A DNA stretch of 64,000 bases, taken from NCBI GenBank assembly GCA_002633005.1, contig NMRA01000023.1, forward strand, positions 302,580 through 366,579. Direction: 5' to 3'. The notes beneath the pieces are model-generated. The model had not been told where the DNA came from and searched no databases. It worked only from the letters and a program-made list of their open reading frames with translations. Source of the DNA: Phoronis australis (taxonomy: Eukaryota; Animalia; Phoronida). Positions 12,936-23,894 of this stretch are shown here, in pieces; position 1 is the first letter of the stretch, and every line of letters starts with the position of its first letter. The position numbers were made by a program, and so were the translations under genes.

Positions 12936-15900
12936 ATGGAGAAAAAACTTACAGAGAACGATGTTTTTGGTGCAAAACTGGATGTGCCGTTTGAGGCAGC
13001 AAGTGTCGCTCGACTAAAGCGCTGGCTGAAATGCCGTGGTGCGCAGACTACTGGAAGGAAACCAGTCTTAATTCAACGGTAAGTACCGGAGTTGTAAGGA
13101 ATGTAAGGCCTACACTGCGACGTGGTCACAACGTTGAACCACTCGTAATCGGGGCTACGAAGAGCTTTGATTTTTTATTTGTCACACTTTAGTGTACCCC
13201 GATGTTCCTTGTGAGATAAACACAGCAATTAATTATGTCAAGTCCAGTCAAGGGGTATTGTATGTTTTCTTTAGCCGCAGTGCTGTTCCTATTCAGCCCA
13301 GAGACGAGGCACAGACAGAGATGGGACTAACTGAACGTGCAAGAAAGATTGCTTGTAACGAACACTCTAATGCTTAATATTAGGTCATTGCTTGAACATT
13401 AATGGTACAAAAGGTAATTTAGGAGTTCTCATACTTAAGTCATTTTGCCTGTGCTCTCTCTATTTCATATACTTTCCCATTATCCATTGCCTGGTCCTCT
13501 TATTTTATCATTCTATGACTCTCCCCTAAAGCTTTTGACTGCGCGACTAGAATAGGCAACAAAATTTCTAAATTCTGATTTGATGAATGGGAAATTCACA
13601 ACCGGTCTACGATGACCGAAGTGAACTTTGTCACTGCAACCTACATTTATGTTCTGACTGAACACAGCTTGTAAATCTTCAGAAATCCTAATTATCAGGA
13701 CCTAACCGGACAATGCCAGAAGTGAAATTGATATAATTTATTTCTCAGATTTTGCTTTAGGTAACGTTGTATAAAACACATGGTATTTAGGTCAGTTTGA
13801 TATTTAGGTACTCTATGTGTACTTGAAATGAACTAGTTTACGCTTATTGACTCCAGGAACAATGCTATAAGTTTCAAGTTTGCACTCAAAATCTCAATTT
13901 TGTACTCTAGTAAGATTGTAGCTTGAATGCAAACATGGAATGAGTAGTAGTCTACTTAGAACAGATTAATAGACACATAATAGAAGGGAAATGTCAAAAA
14001 TTGTTTTGATTTCGAGTACAAACATTACAGCAGGCCCTTGTCTATTGAAAGCCATAAACCTTTGACTTTTTCGGGCACTGTTATGTAAAATCTTCTGTAA
14101 GATACATGCTAATTTTTGTCTTTCAGTTGTTACACATATGCACAGGATCCAGAGAGGGCTGCCAATGTTATCGATCCTGATGCTGGGACATCAGCAGTGG
14201 CAAAAAGCAGTACTAAAGAGAAGCCCTTTGTGCCAACAGGGGACGAAACAAAGTCTTTGTTAAACCTTCCGGTACTGTTTAATGATGGCAAAATTTCTGA
14301 GTGGATTGGCCATGAAGCTGAGAAACACAGAACATCTGGCTATACCATGTTTAAGTGTGGACTTGTTTCACAAGTACTTGTAATGCCTAGTGAGAACTTC
14401 TCCTGCAATGCTGTGGTGGGGGCAAGCTTTGGAAAAGACCGTTATTCTGTAGCAATATCGCTAAGCAGCAATGGGCACGTGTTGCATGCAAAATGCAAGT
14501 GCAAAGCCGGTGCATCCGGGAAGTGTAAGCACGTGTCGGCAGTGCTATTCCAGCTCAACGACTGGCGTCTGAGTGACACAAGAGAAATTCCGGAAATCCT
14601 TGCCTGCACTGAGAAACCGAAGGTGTGGGGCGTTCTGAAGAACAACCGAGGGTCAACCGTCCAAAAGTTCTCTGACTTGAACTTTGTAAAGTTTGCCCCT
14701 GGCAAAAGTGAAAGAAACTTAGAGCATAGTAAGAGGCGCCGCGATTACATATGTTTGCCGCCCAATAAACTGCAACTTTCAAAGTCCAGACTCCAAGATC
14801 TGTCAGAGGCTTTGAGTGGTGTACGGACTGTCTTCGGCAGCATCATTGCAGAGGTATGTTCACAGGCAGTCTATTATTTTTAATTTGAGTGCCATCACAA
14901 GTTGCACTGGTGTGGTTTAATACTTAAAATTTAGTCACCTATCTTGGGGTTTTGAAGCAAGTAAACAAAATTGCACTCTGCAACCTCAATTTTTTAACAC
15001 AAGTGGCTTTTGTCAAGGCACTCTTCAGCTTTAGTCATACACAGTATTAAAGACAAAGTGCCATCTTTGGTGAATAAATTAACCTTTGACATTAATCATC
15101 TAAAGATTACTCTTAGTGCTACTGATAATAGCTAGTTAGACAACTTGCTGCTGTATTTTTCTGACAGCTATATGTAACTCGACCAACTCCATAAATTTTA
15201 ACAAGAACATGTTTTTTTTCAGAGTATTAGACCAGACGTGGAACCAGTCACAAGTGATGTTGCCACTGAAGTAGAGCAGTTGTTTCAGCAGTCTGTAGCT
15301 GACAGTGTGGAGCATCCAGAGATGGTAGACAAGGTGAGTTCAAGAACAAAAATTTTAAAATAATTTATATCTGCTATTGTTTTTAAAAACTATTGCGGCA
15401 ATATAACTTGACATTATTAGATTACAGATTATTACAGGGCGAAGTCGTTACCAATCTTATGTACAGCCGAGGCCGATAATTCTCAAAAATGCACAAAATC
15501 TATGAGGACTCGAGATTAGGGGTATAACGACTGAGAACGTGCAATAATCTATTGATACCACGTGCCGAACGATGAACACTTTATTGAATCGATCTGCTTT
15601 TCTCAACTTGTCGGCTTTAGAACTATTTTCTGTGTCAGAGGCTCAGGGTCGGAGGTTGTGACCTTCTAAGAAACACCAAGTCATTCTTGTTAAAATAATG
15701 CTTTTACTGAAACCAAATGAAAATTTTTGGCAAAACAGAAGAGGAAGTTAATTCTACAAAATAAGTTTTTGAACAAATAGGCTAGTTTGTTACAGATCTT
15801 ATCATGCTAGGCCAAAGATTCCCGTCAGCATGTTAGCCACACTTAAACTGGAGATCAATGATATACAAGAGAGGAAATGACAGATAAGTTTTACTGAAAT

Positions 15901-17120
15901 AATACTGTTTTTATTGAAACGCCTCATTGTACATTTTTTCACAACACATAAATCTCAGGACACTGTTATTTGTTGAACATGCGATTATTGCGCATCTTGA
16001 TTTATTTCAGATTGCCGGAGTTTCTGTTGATGTGGAAGACGAAAGTTTCGTGGAGAAGTGTCTTCACTACTTTAACAATATGAAAAAACTGACAGACGTG
16101 GAGAGGGTTGACCTTGAGAAGGATACACGTGGTCAAATTTCAAATAAAAAGTGGTTTGAAGCTCGAACAGGTAATTTATTTTTATCAAAGTCAGTGCAGT
16201 GTTTTAGACCTATCATGTCTGTGTTTTAAAACTTAAAATCTAGTTCTTTTACATGAAGCATGTATGTGAGAAAAACAGTGGATAGGGCATCTGAGCAGAT
16301 TCTTGTCATTGGACCAAGTTTGTGAACTGGTTAGATCATGAGTGTGACTGTCATGTTGCTAACCAGCTCTGGACTGTATACTGAACTTTACACACACGAG
16401 TCATACATAGCATAATTTTGTATCGTTGTATCTTTATTTTCAGGTCTCATTACAGCGTCACTTGTTGGTGACATTGTGAAAAGAAAGGAAACGACACCAC
16501 CGGATAACCTAGTGAAGCGTATTCTTAGGTACAATGATGAGGCTCCCAAGAGTGCAGCTTGCCGACATGGCATTGAAACAGAAGATGCAGCAAGGCATCT
16601 GTACTGTAGTCTATTTGATGACACTGCTATGGTTGAGTTGCGTGGACTTGTTGTTGACCAGAATCGTCCATGGCTTGGTGCCAGTGTGGATGGTGTTGTG
16701 CACCATGCAGGTGAAAGAGGGGTGTTGGAAATTAAATGTCCATACGTTGATGTAAATAATGATACTGTCCCTGCTACACTGGAAGATTTGTGTAAGGCTA
16801 GGAGTGATTTTTACCTGCTCTTAGGTGAGTCTGGTTGGGAAATAAACAAGCGCCACAAGTACTTCTATCAAGTGCAGACCCAGATGGCTGTTTTGAATTT
16901 AAAGTGGTGCGACTTTATGGTGTATTATGCCCCACGGGGTTTTCCTGCGTCACATGCCATATGTAGGGTTAATTTTGACGAGGCCTTGTTTTTGGAGAAG
17001 ATTGTTCCTAGATGCGAGTCCTTTATGTTGAAAGGCGTGATACCTGAAATATTGTCAAAGCGCATCTTTAATGGGGATAGGTTGTATGTAAATTCTAAAG
17101 TGTTCAGATACAGGCAGTGA
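12936..17120 (+). CDS. SAP + SWIM zinc finger + YqaJ (lambda-exonuclease-like PD-(D/E)XK) protein, 605 aa, 5 exons
   Basis: Exons 12936-13078, 14127-14853, 15223-15333, 16011-16170 and 16444-17120 are all GT-AG and phase-consistent (1818 nt). SAP: VARLKRWLKCRGAQTTGRKPVLIQR. SWIM: CKCKAGASGKCKHVSA. YqaJ: WFEARTGLITAS, HGIETE, LGASVDG, LEIKCPY, YFYQVQTQM. Confidence 0.9.
15415..15570. repeat. imperfect inverted repeat in YqaJ intron 3, possible small (Crypton-like) insertion
   Basis: agattattacagggcgaagtcgtta (~15426-15450) imperfectly pairs with taacgactgagaacgtgcaataatct (~15525-15550). Confidence 0.25.
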
Positions 17121-17991
17121 GGTATTGCCGGAGTGCATTATTTTGTTTTTGGAGAGATTGTCATGAAATGCAAGTCCTTTATTTTGAAATGTGTGATACC
17201 TGAATTATTGTCAAAGCGCATTTTTAATGGGGATAGGTTGTATGTAAATATTCTTAGTGTTTAGACACAGGCAGTGAGGTATTGCCGTAGTGTGTTATTT
17301 TGTTTTTGGGGAGATTGTCCTGAAATGCGAGTCTTTTATGTTGAAATGTATGATACCTGAAATATTGTCAAAGTGCATTGTTTATGGGGATACGTTGTAT
17401 GCAAATTCTGAAGTGTTCAGACACAGGCAGTGATGTATTTTTGAAGTGCATTATTTTGTTTTTGGAGAGATTGTCCCCAAATGCGAGTCCATTATGTTGA
17501 AAGGTGTGATACGTGAAATATTTTCAGAGCATTTTTAATTGGGATAGCTCTTGTGTAAATTCTACATTCTTCAGATACAGGCAGTGAGGTATTGCCGGAG
17601 TGCATTATTTTGTTTTTGGAGAGATTGTCATGAAATGCGAGTCCTTTATTTTGAAATGTGCAATACCTGAATTATTGTCAAAGTGCATGGTTTATGGGGA
17701 TAGGTTGTATGTAAATTCTGAAGTGTTCAGACACAGGCAGTGATGTATTTTTGAAGTGCATTATTTTGTTTTTGGAGAGATTGTCCCCAAATGAGAGTCC
17801 ATTATGTTGAAAGGTGTGATACGTGAAATATTTTCAGAGCATTTTTAATTGGGATAGCTCTTGTGTAAATTCTACATTCTTCAGATACAGGCAGTGAGGA
17901 CTGGTATGGTACCTGAAGATTTGCACGAGTGCATTAAGAATAGGGATAGGTTATATATGAATTCTGAAGTGTACAGATACAGGCAATGAGG
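16985..17991 (+). repeat. ~155-bp tandem array (6 units + 1 partial) derived from the last ~45 codons and stop of the YqaJ gene
   Basis: Anchor CAGGCAGTGA occurs at 17111, 17268, 17424, 17578, 17734, 17888 and as a variant at 17980. Segments 17401-17589 and 17711-17899 are near-identical (310-bp higher-order period). Confidence 0.9.
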
Positions 17992-18778
17992 AGTGTGTGT
18001 GTGAGAGAAAGAGAGAGAACTTGCTGGTTGTACTTTACTCACCTCTTAAGATTTGTCTTGAAAATAGATGTATATTTCAGAATCCTATACTAGAGTTTTC
18101 ATATGATCAGTCAGATTTTGAATCATTCGCAAATATGATTCTGTTCGTCTCCCATTGCAATTGGCTTATTACGAAAATTCTCTTTCTTTGGCATAAAATA
18201 ATTTTTTGTTGTGCCAAATTAAGTACATATCTTGACTTCGTAGTTGACAGGTGTTCCGTGAAACTAAGCATAGCCGAATTTAATAGAATTCATTTTTGTG
18301 CAGAAGCAATGCAAGAGTAATTTACCTATTTTTGATGATGCATTCGTTTGCGCAACTTGGTGACATCACAATCATCTAGGTTACCCCGTTAACCTAGTGT
18401 TAACAACATCATGGGTGTGTAAACTGAGAGTGATGAGTAAGTGGAGAAATTGCTGTAGCAGCACAATCATGAAATCACAGCTGACCTCAAAAATGCAGTG
18501 GTAATATTGAAATCTGGAAAAAATTACTTCATCCAAAATCACAAGATGTGAAAGTTTCTATGTGGATTTTGTGTGCCAGTACTGTCATAAAAATGAGATT
18601 AAACTACTCGGTACAAAAATTTGTAAGATTTGAAGTAACACAGAACAGTTTACATGAATGAAGTTATACAAGAAAGCTGCCGTTATATTTTAATTGTTGT
18701 ATTCACACAAAATATTTTACAATTTTCTTAATTAACATTATGATAATTAATGTATTGATACTGTGAAATGACACCGAC

Positions 18779-20599
18779 CTACTTTCCTACAATTGGATCT
18801 GTAGAGAAATTCACCAAATAGCAACAGATTACCCAAATTTTGTTAAGCTCCGATGCCATACTGTTAGGAAAAACTTGCTTCAAAATCTGATAATTCTTTA
18901 TTCTTTCAATCACCCGCTCAACATGAATTCGTACGCTAGCTACACGACGAGTTTCTTCCTCCTCAGCTTTAGACAATTGACTCTTTCCATTAAGAAATGG
19001 TGGAATGTTCAATTTAACCTGTTTGCGCGCCAGATATTCATCTATAACGAATCCTCTATCTGCCATCACAGAGTCACCAGGGTCCAACCTATCAATGAGA
19101 CCACTGTTCTCAGTGATAACTTTGTCAGACATCCGTCCTGGGGCAAGATCTGTAACCAGTGAGATGAAACCATCTGGTGAAATACCTACAAGCCCTTTCG
19201 CAGTGTTATGGCTTTTGTACGATGAGTAGGTTTCAGCTTGAACCCGGAAGTGTGAGGGTGTTTCGATGTACAACTCTGTACAATCAAGAATAATTGCAGT
19301 GGTTGGGTAGAACACCTTGAAGCACTCTGGCATATTTTGTTGCACAATTCTTTTTGAAGGGAATATCGGAATCTGTCGAAATCGACGGAACAATAAGTCG
19401 AAGTACGTACGGCATATCCTGGAAACGGTTGAATGATGCACACCAAATCTGAAAACAAACAAATTACGACAAGTTAGCAACATGTCACAACTTACATACT
19501 GTCTGCAGCAATAGTGACCCCAAGTTCAAGAAGAGTCCCATGAAAAATCTGGAGTATGACAATCCCAGCTCAAGGTACTGCAGCCCCAGCCTACATTGCA
19601 AAATATATATTTACAACTACACTCTACTGAAGCACAGAAAATTTATGTACTAGTGATTACTTCTACGAACCTGTAAGCTAAATCTTGTGTCATAAGACCC
19701 ACTCTCAGCCTTGCCAAAACCATGAGCAACTCGTCTTCATGGGATAACTGTCGTTTCTTTGTTGAAGATCTCTCAAGATTAACATCAAAATTACTTTTAG
19801 TGTGTGAGCCCCAGTACTTGAGATCTTTGAAATCTGGACACAAAAAGTTGTATAACAGCAAAAAATCACTGTATGAGCTGAAACCTGTATAAAATTTTAC
19901 AATGTCTGGTTTTTTCTTTATTGCATCCATAGATAACGTTTTCTCGTTGTTTTGTTTTTTTACAGTTTCCAGATTCACATTCAAGGAATGATACTTTCGT
20001 TTAAGTCGTAAATTCTCAGTTGTAAGAGTACGAACAATTCTGATTGTCTCGTTATTTGCTTTCTTCAGCTTCACAATCTCTTCCTCCAGCTCAGCTATTT
20101 TCAAAGCCATGTCAGTAATGGTGCTCTGTTTTGCTTTAACAATTTCAGTCAAATCCTCTACAGTTTTAGTAGAAACTCCTACATAGCTATGGTCCATTTG
20201 TATGCTTTCGTTGAAGACATCCTCCACAGTATCCTGAATTGAGCCAGGACCATCATCACATTCTGCTGCATCTATCTTGTCATCACACTCTCTCAATAAT
20301 CTTTTGCTTGGTCGCCGACAGGACTGTGATGCCTTCACAGTGTGTTGTGGAAATATAGTTGGTACATTTATCATGTATGTTTTTTGTCCACCCTCAAAAT
20401 GTTCACTACAAACTCGATGATTTCGTGTCGGCAACCATTCACTAAATCTGCCTTTAGTTCCTGCTCTTGCAATGTTTTTGAGCCATTTTTTTCTCAGATT
20501 AATATCTTTTGGAATTACATAAAACTTTAAATGTTTATCTCTTTTGCTGTTGCTGAAACACCCAGGCACACAACAGGTAGTGCCACCCTTGCCTGGCAT
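18779..20599 (-). CDS. THAP + coiled coil + HTH + DDE (DDE_Tnp_4/Harbinger-type) transposase, 532 aa, 2 coding exons
   Basis: Exons 20599-19671 and 19448-18779 with a phase-2 GT-AG intron joining DLAYR|FGVHHSTVSRI (HTH). THAP: CCVPGC...W...VCSEHF...VPTIF. Catalytic motifs LDCTE, MADRGF, RIHVERVI. A probable upstream non-coding exon ends at donor 21302. Confidence 0.92.
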
Positions 20600-21687
20600 G
20601 TTTTGACACCTTGCACAGCTACTGTCAGCCTGAAAGAAAAAATAGTAAAACATTTTAAAATTGTTTATTCCTTTTTCAGAAATTTCTAAGCGTGATCTTG
20701 AATAAACTAAGACAATTAAGGAAAGGTAGAGTAATTTTTTTTAAATTTAGAAGTGTCACTTGCTAACTATAAGTTTAGCAAACTTAAAAGGTTCGCTGCG
20801 TGAAGAGTACGCGACCTACTCCATTTCTGCATGTGGTGTATTTGAACTTTGAATTTGGCTTGATCTCAACATTGCGCGCATTTGTGTGTATGTGGAATAA
20901 CCCAGGAAATTTGGTGTATTCCCTGCAATTTTATGACTTATGTTGTACAGTAAAGGAGAAAAATTCAAAATAGGTGATCGGGGAGCCAGTACTTTTAAGT
21001 TGATCGCTTGTTGCACTTGGAAGAATTACAAAATCCTCACACTGAACAGGAAATTCACTTTGTTACTTAAACGTATACTCCATGTTTACACATGATACAC
21101 ATACGAGATTGTGAGATTAGGCGCCAGCTTCGCGCACCAACTTATTACATGTACGTTGCCACTTAAGCACAACTGAACTTCGTCATAATAACAAAAGCCA
21201 GCGGCATTCTGCAGGCATACTAGAAGAGCATGAGCAGGCAATATTTTAATGTAATAGGTTATAAAATTATACAAAAACTGTATTTTAACCAAGCCAACTC
21301 ACCGTCCACGAACTCAACCGCGATCAACAGGAAGTGACGCTCGCGAACAGTACCTTGCACAAATGTAGAAACGAACTTCTTAATTTCCTACAACTTGTTA
21401 GAGAGACTGGATATCTTAGTGTTTGAGTGATGTGAAACACGGTTAAAGATTGTAAAGGATTTTTTTATACGTTGTGCTCCTCATTCATCGCTGTCGAGTA
21501 TCCTACAGTTTACCGCCGTTGTTGAAGGCAGTTGTGTGCCGAGTCTGAGAGACCACCTGAATTGGTGTGCTCAATTTCTTTTAAAATATGTTAAAATGTG
21601 TTAATAACAACTTAAGTATATGTCAAATGAATTGTGTTACGCTACATTGTTCAACAAATTTGAAATTATTAGGGGTTTTCGGTCAAT

Positions 21688-21770
21688 GCCGTGATGCTCT
21701 AACAGTGGTAACGCAGTGTTTACTGTGCATCTGTGATAAGCGGTAACCCCATTACCCATAATGCATCACT
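21688..21770. promoter_or_regulatory. subterminal motif pair mirrored at the left end; includes a ZNF143/Staf-consensus-like site
   Basis: GCGGTAAC...TTACCCATAATGCATCACT (21740-21770) and a second copy GCCGTGATGCTCTAACAGTGGTAAC (21688-21712) mirror GAGCATCATGGGA...GGTTACCGC at 12865-12894. Confidence 0.5.
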
Positions 21771-23894
21771 GAGCTAAATTTAAAGATGGCGGATTTGCAC
21801 AAGGGGTATTNNNNNNNNNNNNNNNNNNNNNNNNNNNNNNNNNNNNNNNNNNNNNNNNNNNNNNNNNNNNNNNNNNNNNNNNNNNNNNNNNNNNNNNNNN
21901 NNNNNNNNNNNNNNNNNNNNNNNNNNNNNNNNNNNNNNNNNNNNNNNNNNNNNNNNNNNNNNNNNNNNNNNNNNNNNNNNNNNNNNNNNNNNNNNNNNNN
22001 NNNNNNNNNNNNNNNNNNNNNNNNNNNNNNNNNNNNNNNNNNNNNNNNNNNNNNNNNNNNNNNNNNNNNNNNNNNNNNNNNNNNNNNNNNNNNNNNNNNN
22101 NNNNNNNNNNNNNNNNNNNNNNNNNNNNNNNNNNNNNNNNNNNNNNNNNNNNNNNNNNNNNNNNNNNNNNNNNNNNNNNNNNNNNNNNNNNNNNNNNNNN
22201 NNNNNNNNNNNNNNNNNNNNNNNNNNNNNNNNNNNNNNNNNNNNNNNNNNNNNNNNNNNNNNNNNNNNNNNNNNNNNNNNNNNNNNNNNNNNNNNNNNNN
22301 NNNNNNNNNNNNNNNNNNNNNNNNNNNNNNNNNNNNNNNNNNNNNNNNNNNNNNNNNNNNNNNNNNNNNNNNNNNNNNNNNNNNNNNNNNNNNNNNNNNN
22401 NNNNNNNNNNNNNNNNNNNNNNNNNNNNNNNNNNNNNNNNNNNNNNNNNNNNNNNNNNNNNNNNNNNNNNNNNNNNNNNNNNNNNNNNNNNNNNNNNNNN
22501 NNNNNNNNNNNNNNNNNNNNNNNNNNNNNNNNNNNNNNNNNNNNNNNNNNNNNNNNNNNNNNNNNNNNNNNNNNNNNNNNNNNNNNNNNNNNNNNNNNNN
22601 NNNNNNNNNNNNNNNNNNNNNNNNNNNNNNNNNNNNNNNNNNNNNNNNNNNNNNNNNNNNNNNNNNNNNNNNNNNNNNNNNNNAATGGAGCCATGTATGG
22701 TATTTAGGGGTACTATAGCCCTAAGTGATCAGTAGTAAAACGTTCAAAACATTCAGGAGGAACTAACTTGTTGCAAAATATCGAAAAACATAAAGGACAA
22801 TCGGATTTTACTGTGCTCACGCATCGATCTCAGATATATGAAAATTTCTCTTTTTAGTACATTTGAGGTGCCAAAATATATAACTAATAAACTGGCTGAC
22901 AAATTTTTTATTTTATGAAATGAAAGTAACATTTTTTGTCAACATTTTGGCTAAGTTTCATTCTCATAACAGTGGGGGCAGATTTGGTACAGCAGTGTAC
23001 TGAACACAACCTCAAAATGGCATAACGGGGGGCAGTGTAGTAAAACTACTAAATGAGGGTGGTAAATCTTATTCGTGTTTCAAGACATCTGTGTAACAAT
23101 CTACAGGCACCACTAAACAATGCCAACTGAATAATAAATCAATAGCTTTCATTCAAGGAAAAATCTGAACAGTTAAAACTGGACAGTTTTTATACAGTGA
23201 AAACATGGCTGCGAAGCCGTAAAATGTGTTTGAGCCTATAACTTTAGAAAAACGCAATATTTTCAAGAAATATTTTACCGCTGTTTATAGATCCTATAGG
23301 ACTACCTATGTGCCAAATTTGGTGAAAATCGGCTGACCCCCACCTTGCCGCTCATGGCTGGTGCTCTCGTGGACTAGTACTTAATATGCCCTCCTGTAGA
23401 ACTGGAGGAAATTGGTCATTTTCAAAGGCGCTTGAGTTTATCTGTTCCTCGATCACGACTGACGTCACTCACGCCTAAGTAAACATAATCATATGTTTCT
23501 TATTTATGGTTACGAGTCACCGGGAAATTCGAGCGCCTGTGATCATTGTCACGAAAAGCGAATGTCCCTTGGCAGTGTTGGCTTACGTTGTAAACGGGAA
23601 TCGATCGGTGGTTTGCTTATCAATGAGATATAAGCTCAACGTTCTTAACTAGGTGGTTTGTCTGCAATACAGACCCCTTAGATTGGCTAGGGGGTTTCAC
23701 ACGCTATCCGTGACATCAGAGTGTGAACCCTGGGAACCATGATTTGATCGGTGGTCTGATCAAAAGTTGGCATTGTGTTCGTGAAAGGGTCTTTTCTGAA
23801 GTTTCGCCTTCGATCTCACTGCTTCTCGATTTCAGATTAGATAAATTTAAAAAAGGCGAAGTTGAAATTGCTCTACTTATTTTGTTAAGGAAAA

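Larger units (their letters stand above)
12816..21807. mobile_element. ISL2EU-type (PIF/Harbinger-related, PHIS) autonomous DNA transposon, ~9.0 kb
   Basis: AATACCCCTTGTGCAAATC (12813-12831) is the exact reverse complement of GATTTGCACAAGGGGTATT (21792-21810). Read as AT TSD (12814-15, 21808-09) plus 16-bp TIR. Contains convergent YqaJ and THAP-DDE genes, the two-gene layout known for ISL2EU. Confidence 0.9.
8987..23380 (+). mobile_element. TTAA-flanked DNA transposon (Sola3-like, or Kolobok-like), decayed, apparently hosting the ISL2EU element
   Basis: Left end TTAA|GTATCAGTCCACG...AGCGGCAAGGTGGGGGGTCAACC (TTAA 8983-8986). Right end GGCTGACCCCCACCTTGCCGCT...CGTGGACTAGTAC|TTAA (23381-23384). 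Decayed coding remnants lie inside. Continuity crosses the N gap 21811-22683. Confidence 0.55.

Noticed and set aside
16011-16021. ATTGCCGGAGT shared between YqaJ exon 4 start and the array units (17124, 17591)
   Set aside because: Only 11 bp; cannot be distinguished from chance.
16985-17991. CRISPR-like array next to a nuclease
   Set aside because: Units are homologous throughout, with no unique spacers, and derive from the CDS itself; the context is eukaryotic.
21780-22718. ~300-aa ORFs on both strands
   Set aside because: Artefacts of translating the N gap.
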